Virus record (IMG/VR): IMGVR_UViG_2706796241_000001
Source of the DNA: a virus
Lineage: Duplodnaviria; Heunggongvirae; Uroviricota; Caudoviricetes; Herelleviridae
Length of the DNA: 64,000 nt
Reading direction: 5' to 3' (one strand)
Positions within the stretch are counted from its first letter, which is position 1, and each line of letters starts with the position of its first letter. A program made the position numbers and the translations under genes. Below the pieces are notes generated by a model. The model searched no databases, was not told the origin of the DNA, and saw nothing but the letters and a program-made list of their open reading frames with translations. This document shows positions 55,395 through 63,596 of this stretch, piece after piece.

Positions 55395-56090
55395 TTACAA
55401 TGCGGGTTTTAAGTCTTTAAACTCAATTCCTTGGCTAGTTAAGTATTCTGCTACGCTCTCTTTGTCTAAGTCCATACAAGTTTCTTGTTCGTAGTCTAGT
55501 TGTAATTCCTCGTTGTTTTCATCAGATATATAAATTCGTGCATACTCTGAAACAGCCGAAACGTCTAAACTGATTGTGTATTCCTTGTTGTCGTGTTTAA
55601 AAGCATAGTAACCTTGACTAAAAAAGTAGTTACCTAGAAATTCATAAAAATCATAGTAAGTTTCAAAAATAACTGGGATTGCTTTTGAGTAGCCCGCTCT
55701 TATGTCTATACCCGTATGGATTGCAAAAAATGCAATAGTCGTATCTGAATTTTCTGCCTGAATAACTTTAAAATCTGATTCACTTTCTAGGAAGCCACTA
55801 TAATTATACGTATTGTCCTCTGCTTCAAGATTCCATGTATCTTTCTCTAGTTCCTCTAGTAGTTCTTCATAAGTTGGCAACTCTGATTCTGCTTCATTGT
55901 CTTTAAAGAATTGAGGTAAACCGATTAAGTTACCGTTACCACCTAATAGAGGTATGTCCGTGCTACCTGTAAAGGTAACTTGTTTCATCTCCCCTAACTC
56001 TTCCATCACTGTATCATAGTCACTAACACCAAACCAATCATTAAGTAACTCCAATACCTCTTCTTTATTCATGTTTGCAAATTCTGTCAT
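55395..56090 (-). CDS. acidic early protein (231 aa)
   Basis: ORF track; cassette 3 upstream; 5'UTR hairpin gtgtaaggagg-aacaaa-cctccttacac sequesters the RBS. Confidence 0.5.
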   Translation of the reverse strand: MTEFANMNKEEVLELLNDWFGVSDYDTVMEELGEMKQVTFTGSTDIPLLGGNGNLIGLPQFFKDNEAESELPTYEELLEELEKDTWNLEAEDNTYNYSGFLESESDFKVIQAENSDTTIAFFAIHTGIDIRAGYSKAIPVIFETYYDFYEFLGNYFFSQGYYAFKHDNKEYTISLDVSAVSEYARIYISDENNEELQLDYEQETCMDLDKESVAEYLTSQGIEFKDLKPAL

Positions 56091-56149
56091 AGTAAAAACT
56101 TCCTTCCTGTTGTGTGGTGTAAGGAGGTTTGTTCCTCCTTACACTTAAT

Positions 56150-56178
56150 ATATTATACTAGTTATTGTTATTTGTCAA
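56150..56178 (-). promoter_or_regulatory. early promoter cassette 3
   Basis: Reverse complement reads TTGACA-17-TAATAT. Confidence 0.5.
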
Positions 56179-56193
56179 TAGTTTTTTAATTTT

Positions 56194-56406
56194 TTATAAT
56201 CTTTCTAAAATATGATAAGCGCCATAATAGAATTTCATTGTCATTAATGTATTATCTGGCTGAAAAATGATATAGTTTTCTGATTGCCCTACCACCGTTC
56301 CCGTGCAATGTGTCTTGTTTGAGTGGATAGCTAGCTTCAATCGTTTACCTACTAATTTACTTTTGTTTTCCATTTGTTTAATAAATTCGTCTTTGCTTAC
56401 TAACAT
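56194..56406 (-). CDS. early protein (70 aa)
   Basis: ORF track; cassette 4 upstream; its 5'UTR carries a (GA)6 microsatellite where cassette 3 has the hairpin. Confidence 0.5.
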   Translation of the reverse strand: MLVSKDEFIKQMENKSKLVGKRLKLAIHSNKTHCTGTVVGQSENYIIFQPDNTLMTMKFYYGAYHILERL

Positions 56407-56440
56407 GTTTGTTCCTCCCTCTCTCTCTCTTACACTTAAT

Positions 56441-56469
56441 ATATTATACTAGTTATTGTTATTTGTCAA
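56441..56469 (-). promoter_or_regulatory. early promoter cassette 4 (paralog of cassette 3)
   Basis: Reverse complement reads TTGACA-17-TAATAT. Confidence 0.5.
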
Positions 56470-56484
56470 TAGTTTTTTTAATTT

Positions 56485-56712
56485 TTATAAATGTGAAAAA
56501 GTAGCGTTGTAGTCGTTTAACTCTGATATTGCGAGTTTTTCATAGTAAGAATATAGCCCGTTTTTCCATTCATCAGTATAGTAAGCTACGTTCTCAGGTT
56601 TTTTAATATCTGGCAACCCTAAAACTTTTTTATCAAACATGTTGTAGACAGTTGCCGAAACATAATCGTGAGTTCCCTCTTTCATATCTACATATAATTT
56701 ATAATGATTCAT
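56485..56712 (-). CDS. early protein (75 aa)
   Basis: ORF track; cassette 5 upstream. Confidence 0.5.
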   Translation of the reverse strand: MNHYKLYVDMKEGTHDYVSATVYNMFDKKVLGLPDIKKPENVAYYTDEWKNGLYSYYEKLAISELNDYNATFSHL

Positions 56713-56745
56713 AATAAAAACTCCCTTTCTTTATCTTACAAATAT

Positions 56746-56774
56746 AGAATACCAAAGTTGTTGTTATTTGTCAA
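56746..56774 (-). promoter_or_regulatory. early promoter cassette 5
   Basis: Reverse complement reads TTGACA, spacer, TGgTATTCT. Confidence 0.5.
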
Positions 56775-57019
56775 TAGCTAAGATGAACTTTTTTATTAAA
56801 TAACAAAAGAATTTTATACCCTTTTAAAACATCCCTAGGAGAAAAGTACACCCCTATTTCTTATAAACGTTGCTACAATAGCATTCTTATTTTAGCTAGT
56901 TAACCTAGTCCAATCAGTAAAATAACAATGTGCATCTGTCCCCCGTTTGTTTTTAACAGTCTAATCTACTAACTTTCCGCCCCTCCTCCTTGTGTATTCT
57001 AATATATGTATAAATAGGC

Positions 57020-57300
57020 TATGCATTTAAAGCCCCCTATAAGCCCGTATAAGCGTTCCTAGCCGTTCCCCTCATAATTACACTATAAACGATATAAGCG
57101 CCCCCTATATAGAATATAATAGCAATGAATGCAGTAATAGGCTAGATGGATTAATAGTATAAGATAGCTAACTATATAATCAGATAAACGCCCCCTATTT
57201 TCAGATATTTAAGGATAATCGTATATAAACAGTGATAACTATACTTATTTCAGATTATTTTGAAATAGACTTATGCGCCCCCTTGTCGGGTTTCTGGTGG
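57020..57300. repeat. cluster of GCCCCCTAT (reverse complement ATAGGGGGC) motifs at ~70-90 bp spacing in an ORF-free segment
   Basis: Copies near 57036, 57100, 57192, 57275 (also 55286); 57033-57100 duplicates 55283-55350. Confidence 0.5.
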
Positions 57301-57329
57301 AGTCGGTTCTTTAAAATCTCAGGTAAACA

Positions 57330-57720
57330 ACTTTTTTCCTTTTTCCTCTTTCCCTTTCTCTTCCCCTCTCCCTTATTCCTTTATTCCCTTACTATTAACT
57401 GTTAGAGGTTATCTGTATATAGGTATATAGGTATATAGGTATATAGGTACATAAGTATATAGGTAAACAACTTTTTTCCTCTTTCCCCTTTCCCCTTTCC
57501 CTTTCTCTTCCCCTCTCTCTCTTATTCCTTTATTACCTTACTATTGCTTGTTAGGGGCTACCTGTATATAGGTACATAGGTGTATAAGTATATAGGTAAA
57601 CAACTTTTTTTCTTTATTGCCTTATTCCTTATTGCTTTCTTTCTCCCTCTTCTTTCCTTTACCTCCTCCCCTCCTCCATCTCTTCCCTTATAAGTGTATA
57701 TAGTTTTATAGTTCTATAGC
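57330..57720. repeat. three ~130-bp tandem repeats, each aggtaaacaactttttt + ~60-nt CT-only tract + (TATAGGTA)4-6 octamer array
   Basis: Copies start near 57330, 57462 and 57594; third copy degenerate. Confidence 0.6.
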
Positions 57721-57861
57721 TCTATAGTTCCTTATCTCTTTACCTCTTTATATGTTTATTTCTTTTCGTCCTGTTTATTATCGTACACTATCCCGATAAC
57801 TGAAAAGAATAATACTATCCCTAAGATTGCTAGTAATTTTAAACTGTATACGCTCATTCTT

Positions 57862-58221
57862 TTATATTCCTTTCCACATACTCACTACTTTTACATCTTT
57901 ATCCGTTAGCGTTCTTTTTAGGATAGCTCTATTCCCTTTTTCTCTTAAGGTAACCTTTTTCATTACAGTATAGTTTGCTATTCCATCATATTCGTTCACA
58001 AGAATAAGACTTATAACCTTTTCCCCTTTTTCTAGGTCAATAGATATTAAAGCAAATGGAAAAACTTTATTTTCTAACCTGATTGTATACCCTTTTTCTA
58101 AGTACTTTTTCACTTCCTCCGAAAAGCGTTTCTTTACGTTTTCTCTTCTTACTTCTTCTACTAGTTTTATTTCTTTACTTCTTTTTACCTGTTTAGCTTG
58201 TTTATTCATAAAACTATTCAT
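57862..58221 (-). CDS. basic early protein (119 aa), first of a 5-gene operon
   Basis: AAGGAGGGG RBS; ORF track. Confidence 0.5.
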   Translation of the reverse strand: MNSFMNKQAKQVKRSKEIKLVEEVRRENVKKRFSEEVKKYLEKGYTIRLENKVFPFALISIDLEKGEKVISLILVNEYDGIANYTVMKKVTLREKGNRAILKRTLTDKDVKVVSMWKGI

Positions 58222-58233
58222 CTTTGCCCCTCC

Positions 58234-58425
58234 TTATCTGATTACATCAAAACTTAACGGGTTTTCTTGTGAGTGTTTAGCATTTTCATCATATAATGAA
58301 ATACCTTTAATAGGCAAAGAGTTTTCATTTTCAAAAGTATAAATAGGCAAGTCCTTATTTTCTTCTGGCACTTCTTCTAGTTTCTTAATCAATTCTCTAA
58401 TTGTTAGCCCTTTTAATTGTTCCAT
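58234..58425 (-). CDS. early protein (63 aa)
   Basis: ORF track. Confidence 0.45.
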   Translation of the reverse strand: MEQLKGLTIRELIKKLEEVPEENKDLPIYTFENENSLPIKGISLYDENAKHSQENPLSFDVIR

Positions 58426-58718
58426 TCTTCTTGTTCCTCCTTAATAGTGTACACACTTCTTACTTGTTGCCATGCCCCGATTTTGCGATTTGTGTGAGTG
58501 AAAGCAATATAGATTGCACCCCCGAAAATGCCAAACATGCCAAACATAAAATAGAGCATTAGAATAATTAAACCAATCACCGAATATTCTTTTGTTAAAA
58601 TCTGACTGACAAAACTTTCTGCGACTTGTAAAGTGATAACTTCCTTTTGTTGGTTGTTCTGGTTCATAGTGCCATCATTAAATTTCTGATTCCATTGTTG
58701 GTTGTTTGTGTTTGTCAT
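58413..58718 (-). CDS. Q/N-rich early membrane protein with two TM segments (101 aa)
   Basis: N-terminal NNQQWNQKFNDGTMNQNNQQ, then LIILMLYFMFGMFGIFGGAIYIAF. Confidence 0.5.
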   Translation of the reverse strand: MTNTNNQQWNQKFNDGTMNQNNQQKEVITLQVAESFVSQILTKEYSVIGLIILMLYFMFGMFGIFGGAIYIAFTHTNRKIGAWQQVRSVYTIKEEQEEWNN

Positions 58719-58927
58719 TGTCCTTGCTCTCCTTTTACGAAATGAAATTCGTTGTTATTTGCATATTCTTTCAATGTATTAATCATTTTAGCAGTTTCTA
58801 CTTTTTCGGTGTCTGATTCTTTTGAAATTGACTTATACCATTCTTCTAATGTTTTTGTTTCATCTCCCCAAAAACCTTGTATATCTTTTCTAGTGAGTTT
58901 ATCTGATTTTTTGATATTTTTTAACAT
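58715..58927 (-). CDS. early protein (70 aa)
   Basis: ORF track. Confidence 0.45.
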   Translation of the reverse strand: MLKNIKKSDKLTRKDIQGFWGDETKTLEEWYKSISKESDTEKVETAKMINTLKEYANNNEFHFVKGEQGQ

Positions 58928-59346
58928 GGTGCTACCTCTCCTGTAAACCGTGCTAGTTCTTCTAATAACTCTGTTTCTTCCTCTGTTGTTTCTTCTCTAT
59001 AAGTTTCTGTAAAGTACCACTCTAAGAAATAGTAAAGAAGTTCATCGTCAGGTAAACTATTAAAGTCCATTTCACTTTCTGGAAAATCGTCAAAAGCTCC
59101 CATGCTCTGCATACCGTTTAAGTAGTTTATAGTTCTTTCTCTTGTGTACTCGTTTAGCTCTACCTCAATTGGTCTAATTCCATTATTTTCTAGTAATTCA
59201 TTTACTTCTAAAATAGTTAGGTTTGTAAAGTCAATACCTGATTCTTCTAGGAAGTCGGCTAGTGTTTCACCTAAGAAAGCCGTTCCCCCGTTCCCTGTTT
59301 CATCATCTCTTAAAATTGTGTTTAGTTCCTTTTCTGTTAGTTTCAT
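58921..59346 (-). CDS. acidic early protein (141 aa)
   Basis: ORF track; cassette 6 upstream. Confidence 0.5.
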   Translation of the reverse strand: MKLTEKELNTILRDDETGNGGTAFLGETLADFLEESGIDFTNLTILEVNELLENNGIRPIEVELNEYTRERTINYLNGMQSMGAFDDFPESEMDFNSLPDDELLYYFLEWYFTETYREETTEEETELLEELARFTGEVAPC

Positions 59347-59379
59347 GTTTATAACTTCCCCTCTTTATCTTATAAACCT

Positions 59380-59408
59380 ATAATACACTATGCTTTGTTT
59401 TTTGTCAA
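59380..59408 (-). promoter_or_regulatory. early promoter cassette 6
   Basis: Reverse complement reads TTGACA-17-TATTAT. Confidence 0.55.
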
Positions 59409-59427
59409 TAACTTTTTTAAACTTTTT

Positions 59428-59868
59428 TTACATTTTTTCAATAGTGCATTCACTTTTTAACTGTGATAGAATACCATTGTAAGTTGCTTCCCAAGCTTCC
59501 TCATATGTTTTATAGTAGTTTTCCCAATCTTCCTCTATTTCTTGCCCCGTTAGGTTTTCGGCTGTTATTTCTAGTGAGTCATGCAACTTCTTTTCTATCT
59601 CTTCCACGTTTTCCCCGTAGTAAACTTCTTCTGTATTGTGGTAACTGTTAGATACCTTAAATAGTAATTGCACGGGCTTTTCAACCCCAAAGCGTACCCC
59701 CTCTGTTTCCAATTCATCTAAGGATATAACTAAACTCTCGGTATTATCTGGATATAATAGAAAAGTGTCAACCCCATTTTTAACGTTTTTCTCTGCTTCT
59801 TCTTTTGTAACTTCTTTCATTCCTTGCCATGTATAACCGAATTTTTCTAATGTTTCCATGTTTAGCAC
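59428..59868 (-). CDS. acidic early protein (146 aa)
   Basis: ORF track; cassette 7 upstream. Confidence 0.5.
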   Translation of the reverse strand: MLNMETLEKFGYTWQGMKEVTKEEAEKNVKNGVDTFLLYPDNTESLVISLDELETEGVRFGVEKPVQLLFKVSNSYHNTEEVYYGENVEEIEKKLHDSLEITAENLTGQEIEEDWENYYKTYEEAWEATYNGILSQLKSECTIEKM

Positions 59869-59929
59869 TTCCCTTATTTTATATTTTTTTCTATGTAAAG
59901 GAGGTTAACCCCTCCTCGTTTATAAGTCT

Positions 59930-59958
59930 ATAATACACTATAGTTTGTTTTTTGTCAA
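59930..59958 (-). promoter_or_regulatory. early promoter cassette 7
   Basis: Reverse complement reads TTGACA-17-TATTAT; preceded by a tatgtaaag-GGAGG..CCTCC hairpin. Confidence 0.55.
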
Positions 59959-59967
59959 TAGTTTTGA

Positions 59968-60270
59968 TTAACTTTTTGACCAAGTCAAGCCCTTGTGCAT
60001 ATCTTTTAAGAAAAAAGGTTGTTTATTGATTAAAATAAAAGCGTTCCCTGTTTCTTCTTCCTTACGTAGTTTAGTAAAGCACACTGCATGTCGTTCCCCA
60101 CAGTTTAAAGCATAGTATACCCGATTTTTATTTAAGTCAATTTCTAAAATCTCATAAATACTAAACGGTGCCACGTTGTCTAGTTGCTTTTTATCCTTTT
60201 CACTTGTTGCAAAGACTGCAACCCCGATTGCTTTTTTATATTGTAGTTCCGTTTTTGTCATCTTTACCAT
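59968..60270 (-). CDS. early protein (100 aa)
   Basis: ORF track; cassette 8 upstream. Confidence 0.5.
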   Translation of the reverse strand: MVKMTKTELQYKKAIGVAVFATSEKDKKQLDNVAPFSIYEILEIDLNKNRVYYALNCGERHAVCFTKLRKEEETGNAFILINKQPFFLKDMHKGLTWSKS

Positions 60271-60293
60271 TCCTCTCTTTATCTTATAAACCT

Positions 60294-60322
60294 ATTATAG
60301 TTTATCTTTTGTTATTTGTCAA
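60294..60322 (-). promoter_or_regulatory. early promoter cassette 8
   Basis: Reverse complement reads TTGACA-17-TATAAT. Confidence 0.55.
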
Positions 60323-60663
60323 TAGTTTTGATTAATTAATTTTAAACTTTGCCGTAAAATCATCATCGTTGCTATCTGCATAAATATAGCAGTAAATTTC
60401 TTTTGTTTTTCTATTTTTTCTACTCGTACAATTAAGTTATCCCCATCTAATATAAGGTATCCTGTACACTCTGAATTATTTATTTCTTCTGTTTTTAACA
60501 TATTTTTACCCTCTTTTCTAAAATGTAAGAATAATTCTATTTCTTCCAATGAATAGTTACCGTTGAAAATAAATTCAGGCGGTTCACCTCTTTTTCTCTT
60601 TTCTAGCTTTCTAATTCTTTCATATTGCAATTTTTTTATTCTCTTATTAATAGCAACCGCCAC
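60319..60663 (-). CDS. early protein (114 aa as tracked; an internal RBS-supported Met would give ~60 aa)
   Basis: GTG start sits directly against its RBS; internal aaagagggt-N8-ATG (MLKTEEINN..) mimics the cassette leader; C-terminal ..LKLINQNY is encoded by the cassette AT-rich UP-like region and its stop lies in the next -35. Confidence 0.4.
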   Translation of the reverse strand: MAVAINKRIKKLQYERIRKLEKRKRGEPPEFIFNGNYSLEEIELFLHFRKEGKNMLKTEEINNSECTGYLILDGDNLIVRVEKIEKQKKFTAIFMQIATMMILRQSLKLINQNY

Positions 60664-60673
60664 CCCTCTTTAT

Positions 60674-60702
60674 ATTATAGACTATAAGCAAGCATTTTGC
60701 AA
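60674..60702 (-). promoter_or_regulatory. early promoter cassette 9 (variant)
   Basis: Reverse complement reads TTGCAA-17-TATAAT. Confidence 0.5.
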
Positions 60703-60888
60703 GCCTTTTTTATAATATTTTTTGAGTTCTTTTCTTTCTTCTTCTAGCGTTTCAACGTCAATAGTTACAAGGTACGTACACCGTTCCATTGGATAACTAG
60801 TATAATAGCTTAATACGTTCCCTTTAACCTTATAATCTGTTATACCTCTATTCTCTGCAATGTTTAGTGCTTTCTCCTCTGCCGTCAT
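60682..60888 (-). CDS. early protein (68 aa)
   Basis: ORF track; no own cassette, probably co-transcribed from cassette 10. Confidence 0.45.
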   Translation of the reverse strand: MTAEEKALNIAENRGITDYKVKGNVLSYYTSYPMERCTYLVTIDVETLEEERKELKKYYKKGLQNACL

Positions 60889-60938
60889 CTTAAACCCTCC
60901 TAGTCTATGTAAAGGGAGGAAGCCCCTCCCCTGTTTTT

Positions 60939-61211
60939 CTATTCTTCTTCCTCTTCTTCCTCAAATTGTGCAATGAACCCGTCCATCTCAAACCATAAGA
61001 TATCGTTTATAGTCGTTTCTGTTACCTCTTCCGCCCCCTCAATCATTAACTCGATTTCTTGCTGTGCTTCATCTAAAATATTCAATTCTTTAATTGTTTC
61101 TAGTCGGTCTTTCCCGCCTTCCCAAGCCTTAAACTCTCCCAAAGTAATTTCTTTTGTGATTTTTAACATAGTAAACAACTTCCTTTCTCTCTCTATAAGT
61201 CTATAATACAC
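60939..61211 (-). CDS. early protein with poly-Glu C-terminus (90 aa)
   Basis: ..AQFEEEEEEE tail; cassette 10 upstream. Confidence 0.5.
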   Translation of the reverse strand: MYYRLIERERKLFTMLKITKEITLGEFKAWEGGKDRLETIKELNILDEAQQEIELMIEGAEEVTETTINDILWFEMDGFIAQFEEEEEEE

Positions 61212-61231
61212 TAGTTATTGTTTTTTGTCAA
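61203..61231 (-). promoter_or_regulatory. early promoter cassette 10
   Basis: Reverse complement reads TTGACA-17-TATTAT. Confidence 0.55.
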
Positions 61232-61234
61232 CCA

Positions 61235-61486
61235 TTACAGATAATCTTTTTCAATTTGTTTTTTAGTGTCTGCTTTTAGTCCGTTTTGCTTAAAAAATTC
61301 CTTAATATGTCGCAATGTTGTTTGTGAGTACGTACCGAAAACCTTTGCTAGTCCATTAGTGTAAATTGTCGCAACTTTTGTATCATATGAATAAAGAGAA
61401 ATACCGTTTTCCTCTTCTACTAGGTTAGCTTTTCCATAAAAGCTCTTTCTACTGTCGTAAATACATTCTAATTCATTCATGTTCAT
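61235..61486 (-). CDS. early protein (83 aa), N-terminus MNMNELE
   Basis: ORF track; shares its first 7 codons with 62684..63013. Confidence 0.5.
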   Translation of the reverse strand: MNMNELECIYDSRKSFYGKANLVEEENGISLYSYDTKVATIYTNGLAKVFGTYSQTTLRHIKEFFKQNGLKADTKKQIEKDYL

Positions 61487-61506
61487 AACTTCCTTTCTTT
61501 ATCTTA

Positions 61507-61535
61507 TAAATTTATAATACACTATCTTTTGTCAA
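61507..61535 (-). promoter_or_regulatory. early promoter cassette 11
   Basis: Reverse complement reads TTGACA-17-TATTAT. Confidence 0.55.
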
Positions 61536-61549
61536 TAGTTTTATTTAAA

Positions 61550-61798
61550 CTATAACCATTTATCAGAAAAAACTGCTTTTGTTATCTCATTCTCTAATAA
61601 ATTATTATAATCTGTTAGCAACTCTGCTAAACCACTTGTTCCATTAATACCTAAGTCCCTAAGTAGCCACTCACTCTCTAAGTCATAACCTAACCTAGAA
61701 TAAAATTCGTCTATTGATTCGTAACTTAAAATAGAATAGTTTTCTTGTTCTTGAAATAAGCAAAATAGTAAATGGATAACGTTTAATTTCATGTTCAT
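61550..61798 (-). CDS. early protein (82 aa)
   Basis: ORF track; cassette 12 upstream. Confidence 0.5.
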   Translation of the reverse strand: MNMKLNVIHLLFCLFQEQENYSILSYESIDEFYSRLGYDLESEWLLRDLGINGTSGLAELLTDYNNLLENEITKAVFSDKWL

Positions 61799-61825
61799 AA
61801 CTTCCTTTCTTTATCTTATGAATTA

Positions 61826-61854
61826 AATATACATCAATTTTTGTTTTTTGTCAA
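61826..61854 (-). promoter_or_regulatory. early promoter cassette 12
   Basis: Reverse complement reads TTGACA-spacer-TATTTA (weaker -10). Confidence 0.45.
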
Positions 61855-61873
61855 TAGTTTTGATTAATTTTTT

Positions 61874-62080
61874 TTATTTATTTTTCCCTGTCCCTTGTTC
61901 CCAGATTCCTTTTAAACCGAAAACATAGGCAAATAGCAAACCACTGCAAACCGTTAACGTTCTAATATCCCAACCGCCTAACGCTCTAAAAACTTGTAAG
62001 CAAATCATAATGCTAAGGTAGCCCCAAAGCAGTACAATGCTAACTAATAAACCTACTAAAATAATATCAGATAATTTCAT
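61874..62080 (-). CDS. early two-TM membrane protein (68 aa)
   Basis: MKLSDIILVGLLVSIVLLWGYLSIMICLQ..; cassette 13 upstream. Confidence 0.5.
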   Translation of the reverse strand: MKLSDIILVGLLVSIVLLWGYLSIMICLQVFRALGGWDIRTLTVCSGLLFAYVFGLKGIWEQGTGKNK

Positions 62081-62113
62081 ATTTAAAACTTCCTCTCTTT
62101 ATCTTATGAATTT

Positions 62114-62142
62114 ATAATACACTATCTTTTGTTTTTTGTCAA
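62114..62142 (-). promoter_or_regulatory. early promoter cassette 13
   Basis: Reverse complement reads TTGACA-17-TATTAT. Confidence 0.55.
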
Positions 62143-62161
62143 TAGTTTTGATTAACTAATT

Positions 62162-62389
62162 TTAAATAGTTTTCCAACTATTTTCAATTAGTAATTCGAT
62201 ATTAAGATTTTGTAAGTCTGAGAAAAGAAGCCCCAGCTCATACTTCTCTCCTTCTTCTACATTTTCTGCCACCTCATCTATATCAATCAAAAAGTCTTTT
62301 CCTGTTTCTTTTTCAATTAAATGGTAGTTCATATCCCACTCATTTAATGGTTTTTTAACTAAGTATAACTCATTCTCTGCGATAATCAT
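62162..62389 (-). CDS. acidic early protein (75 aa)
   Basis: ORF track; cassette 14 upstream. Confidence 0.5.
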   Translation of the reverse strand: MIIAENELYLVKKPLNEWDMNYHLIEKETGKDFLIDIDEVAENVEEGEKYELGLLFSDLQNLNIELLIENSWKTI

Positions 62390-62422
62390 ATTTAAAACTT
62401 CCTCTCTTTATCTTATAAACCT

Positions 62423-62451
62423 ATTATAGTTTATCTTTTGTTATTTGTCAA
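62423..62451 (-). promoter_or_regulatory. early promoter cassette 14 (perfect consensus)
   Basis: Reverse complement reads TTGACA-aataacaaaagataaac-TATAAT, then agataaagagaggaag RBS and ATG. Confidence 0.6.
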
Positions 62452-62588
62452 TAGTTTTGATTAATTAATTTTAAATTTTTATTTAATGTTTCTAGTTCGT
62501 TTATTGCTTTCTTTTGTATAGTGATAACTTCTTTTACTTCTTTCTTGTATCGTTTAGCTTTCATAAGTCTTTTTAGTCCGTTCATCAT
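62448..62588 (-). CDS. 46-aa basic early peptide
   Basis: GGGAGGGG RBS; MMNGLKRLMKAKRYKKEVKEVITIQKKAINELETLNKNLKLINQNY; stop codon sits inside the -35 of cassette 14. Confidence 0.4.
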   Translation of the reverse strand: MMNGLKRLMKAKRYKKEVKEVITIQKKAINELETLNKNLKLINQNY

Positions 62589-62616
62589 ATAAAGCCCCTC
62601 CCTTGTTTACATTTAT

Positions 62617-62645
62617 ATGTTATCATGGTTTTTTTAACTTGTCAA
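62617..62645 (-). promoter_or_regulatory. early promoter cassette 15
   Basis: Reverse complement reads TTGACA-17-TAACAT; preceded by a GGAGG-aaaatttt-CCTCC hairpin. Confidence 0.5.
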
Positions 62646-62683
62646 CCATTTTTTTTATGTAAAGGAGGAAAATTTTCCTCCCC

Positions 62684-63013
62684 TTATTCTACTGATTTTA
62701 AAAAGCCGTCTAGGTATTCTTTTGCATATGCTCGTTGTTCGTTATCCCCTAGAAATAAATATTCTAAAAAGTTGTGGGTTGTAATAGGTAGCACGTTATC
62801 AGGTGCAATAACCTTTGCTGTTAGCTCGATACCTGATAGCATTCCTTTTAGTTCGTTAAAAGCTGATAACTGCCCTAGCAAACCACGGTTTACCATTTTA
62901 ACCTTTAAATCGATTTCTTTATAAAAAGTAACAATAACCTTGTTTAGCACTTCTTGTTGTTCCTCAATTTTATTATTCCATTCTTTCACTGCTTCTAATT
63001 CATTCATGTTCAT
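62684..63013 (-). CDS. early protein (109 aa), N-terminus MNMNELE
   Basis: ORF track; cassette 16 upstream. Confidence 0.5.
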   Translation of the reverse strand: MNMNELEAVKEWNNKIEEQQEVLNKVIVTFYKEIDLKVKMVNRGLLGQLSAFNELKGMLSGIELTAKVIAPDNVLPITTHNFLEYLFLGDNEQRAYAKEYLDGFLKSVE

Positions 63014-63040
63014 AACTTCCTTTCTTTATCTGACAAGTTT

Positions 63041-63069
63041 ATTGTAGTTTATCTTTTGTTATTTGTCAA
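63041..63069 (-). promoter_or_regulatory. early promoter cassette 16
   Basis: Reverse complement reads TTGACA-17-TATAAT-like. Confidence 0.55.
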
Positions 63070-63085
63070 TAGTTTTTTTTATAAA

Positions 63086-63385
63086 TTATTTTAACAGTTC
63101 AATAATTCCATTAGAAAGCTGTCCCCAACCATCACACACTCGAAAACGTCCATCCCCTATCGGTTCGGTTTTAACGGTTGCCGTTGCGTATTGTCCGCCT
63201 GTTTCTGCGGTACTGTCAAAAATAACAGTATTTAAGAAAACCATAAATCGAGGTTTTTTCTTTTGTAGCTGTTTAGTGCTTAAGCATTCTACCGCTAAAA
63301 CACCACACCGATTTTTTAATTCTTTTTCTTTTTCTTCCTCTGATAGGTTTTTAATATCTGCATAGGTAAATTTATACTTGTTCAT
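63086..63385 (-). CDS. early protein (99 aa)
   Basis: ORF track; cassette 17 upstream. Confidence 0.5.
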   Translation of the reverse strand: MNKYKFTYADIKNLSEEEKEKELKNRCGVLAVECLSTKQLQKKKPRFMVFLNTVIFDSTAETGGQYATATVKTEPIGDGRFRVCDGWGQLSNGIIELLK

Positions 63386-63440
63386 TTTAATAGCGCCCCT
63401 TTATCTTTATTTTTTATTGTTGTTGTTCCTTACACGCTCT

Positions 63441-63469
63441 ATATTATACTAGCTTTTGTTTTTTGTCAA
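63441..63469 (-). promoter_or_regulatory. early promoter cassette 17
   Basis: Reverse complement reads TTGACA-17-TATAAT. Confidence 0.55.
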
Positions 63470-63596
63470 TAGAAAAGTTCATTTTTTTAAATTATTTTTT
63501 CTTACTGTATAAAGGAAGAAAAACCGACAATCTGGGGACGGTAGCTATTAAGGTGAACCCGCATGGCTTGACTCTCCACCGCTAGCCGGGCGCATC

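Noticed and set aside
57330-57720. Possible CRISPR array suggested by the tandem repeats
   Set aside because: Units are ~130 bp, internally composite (CT tract plus octamer array) and lack constant short repeats separated by unique spacers; no cas genes.
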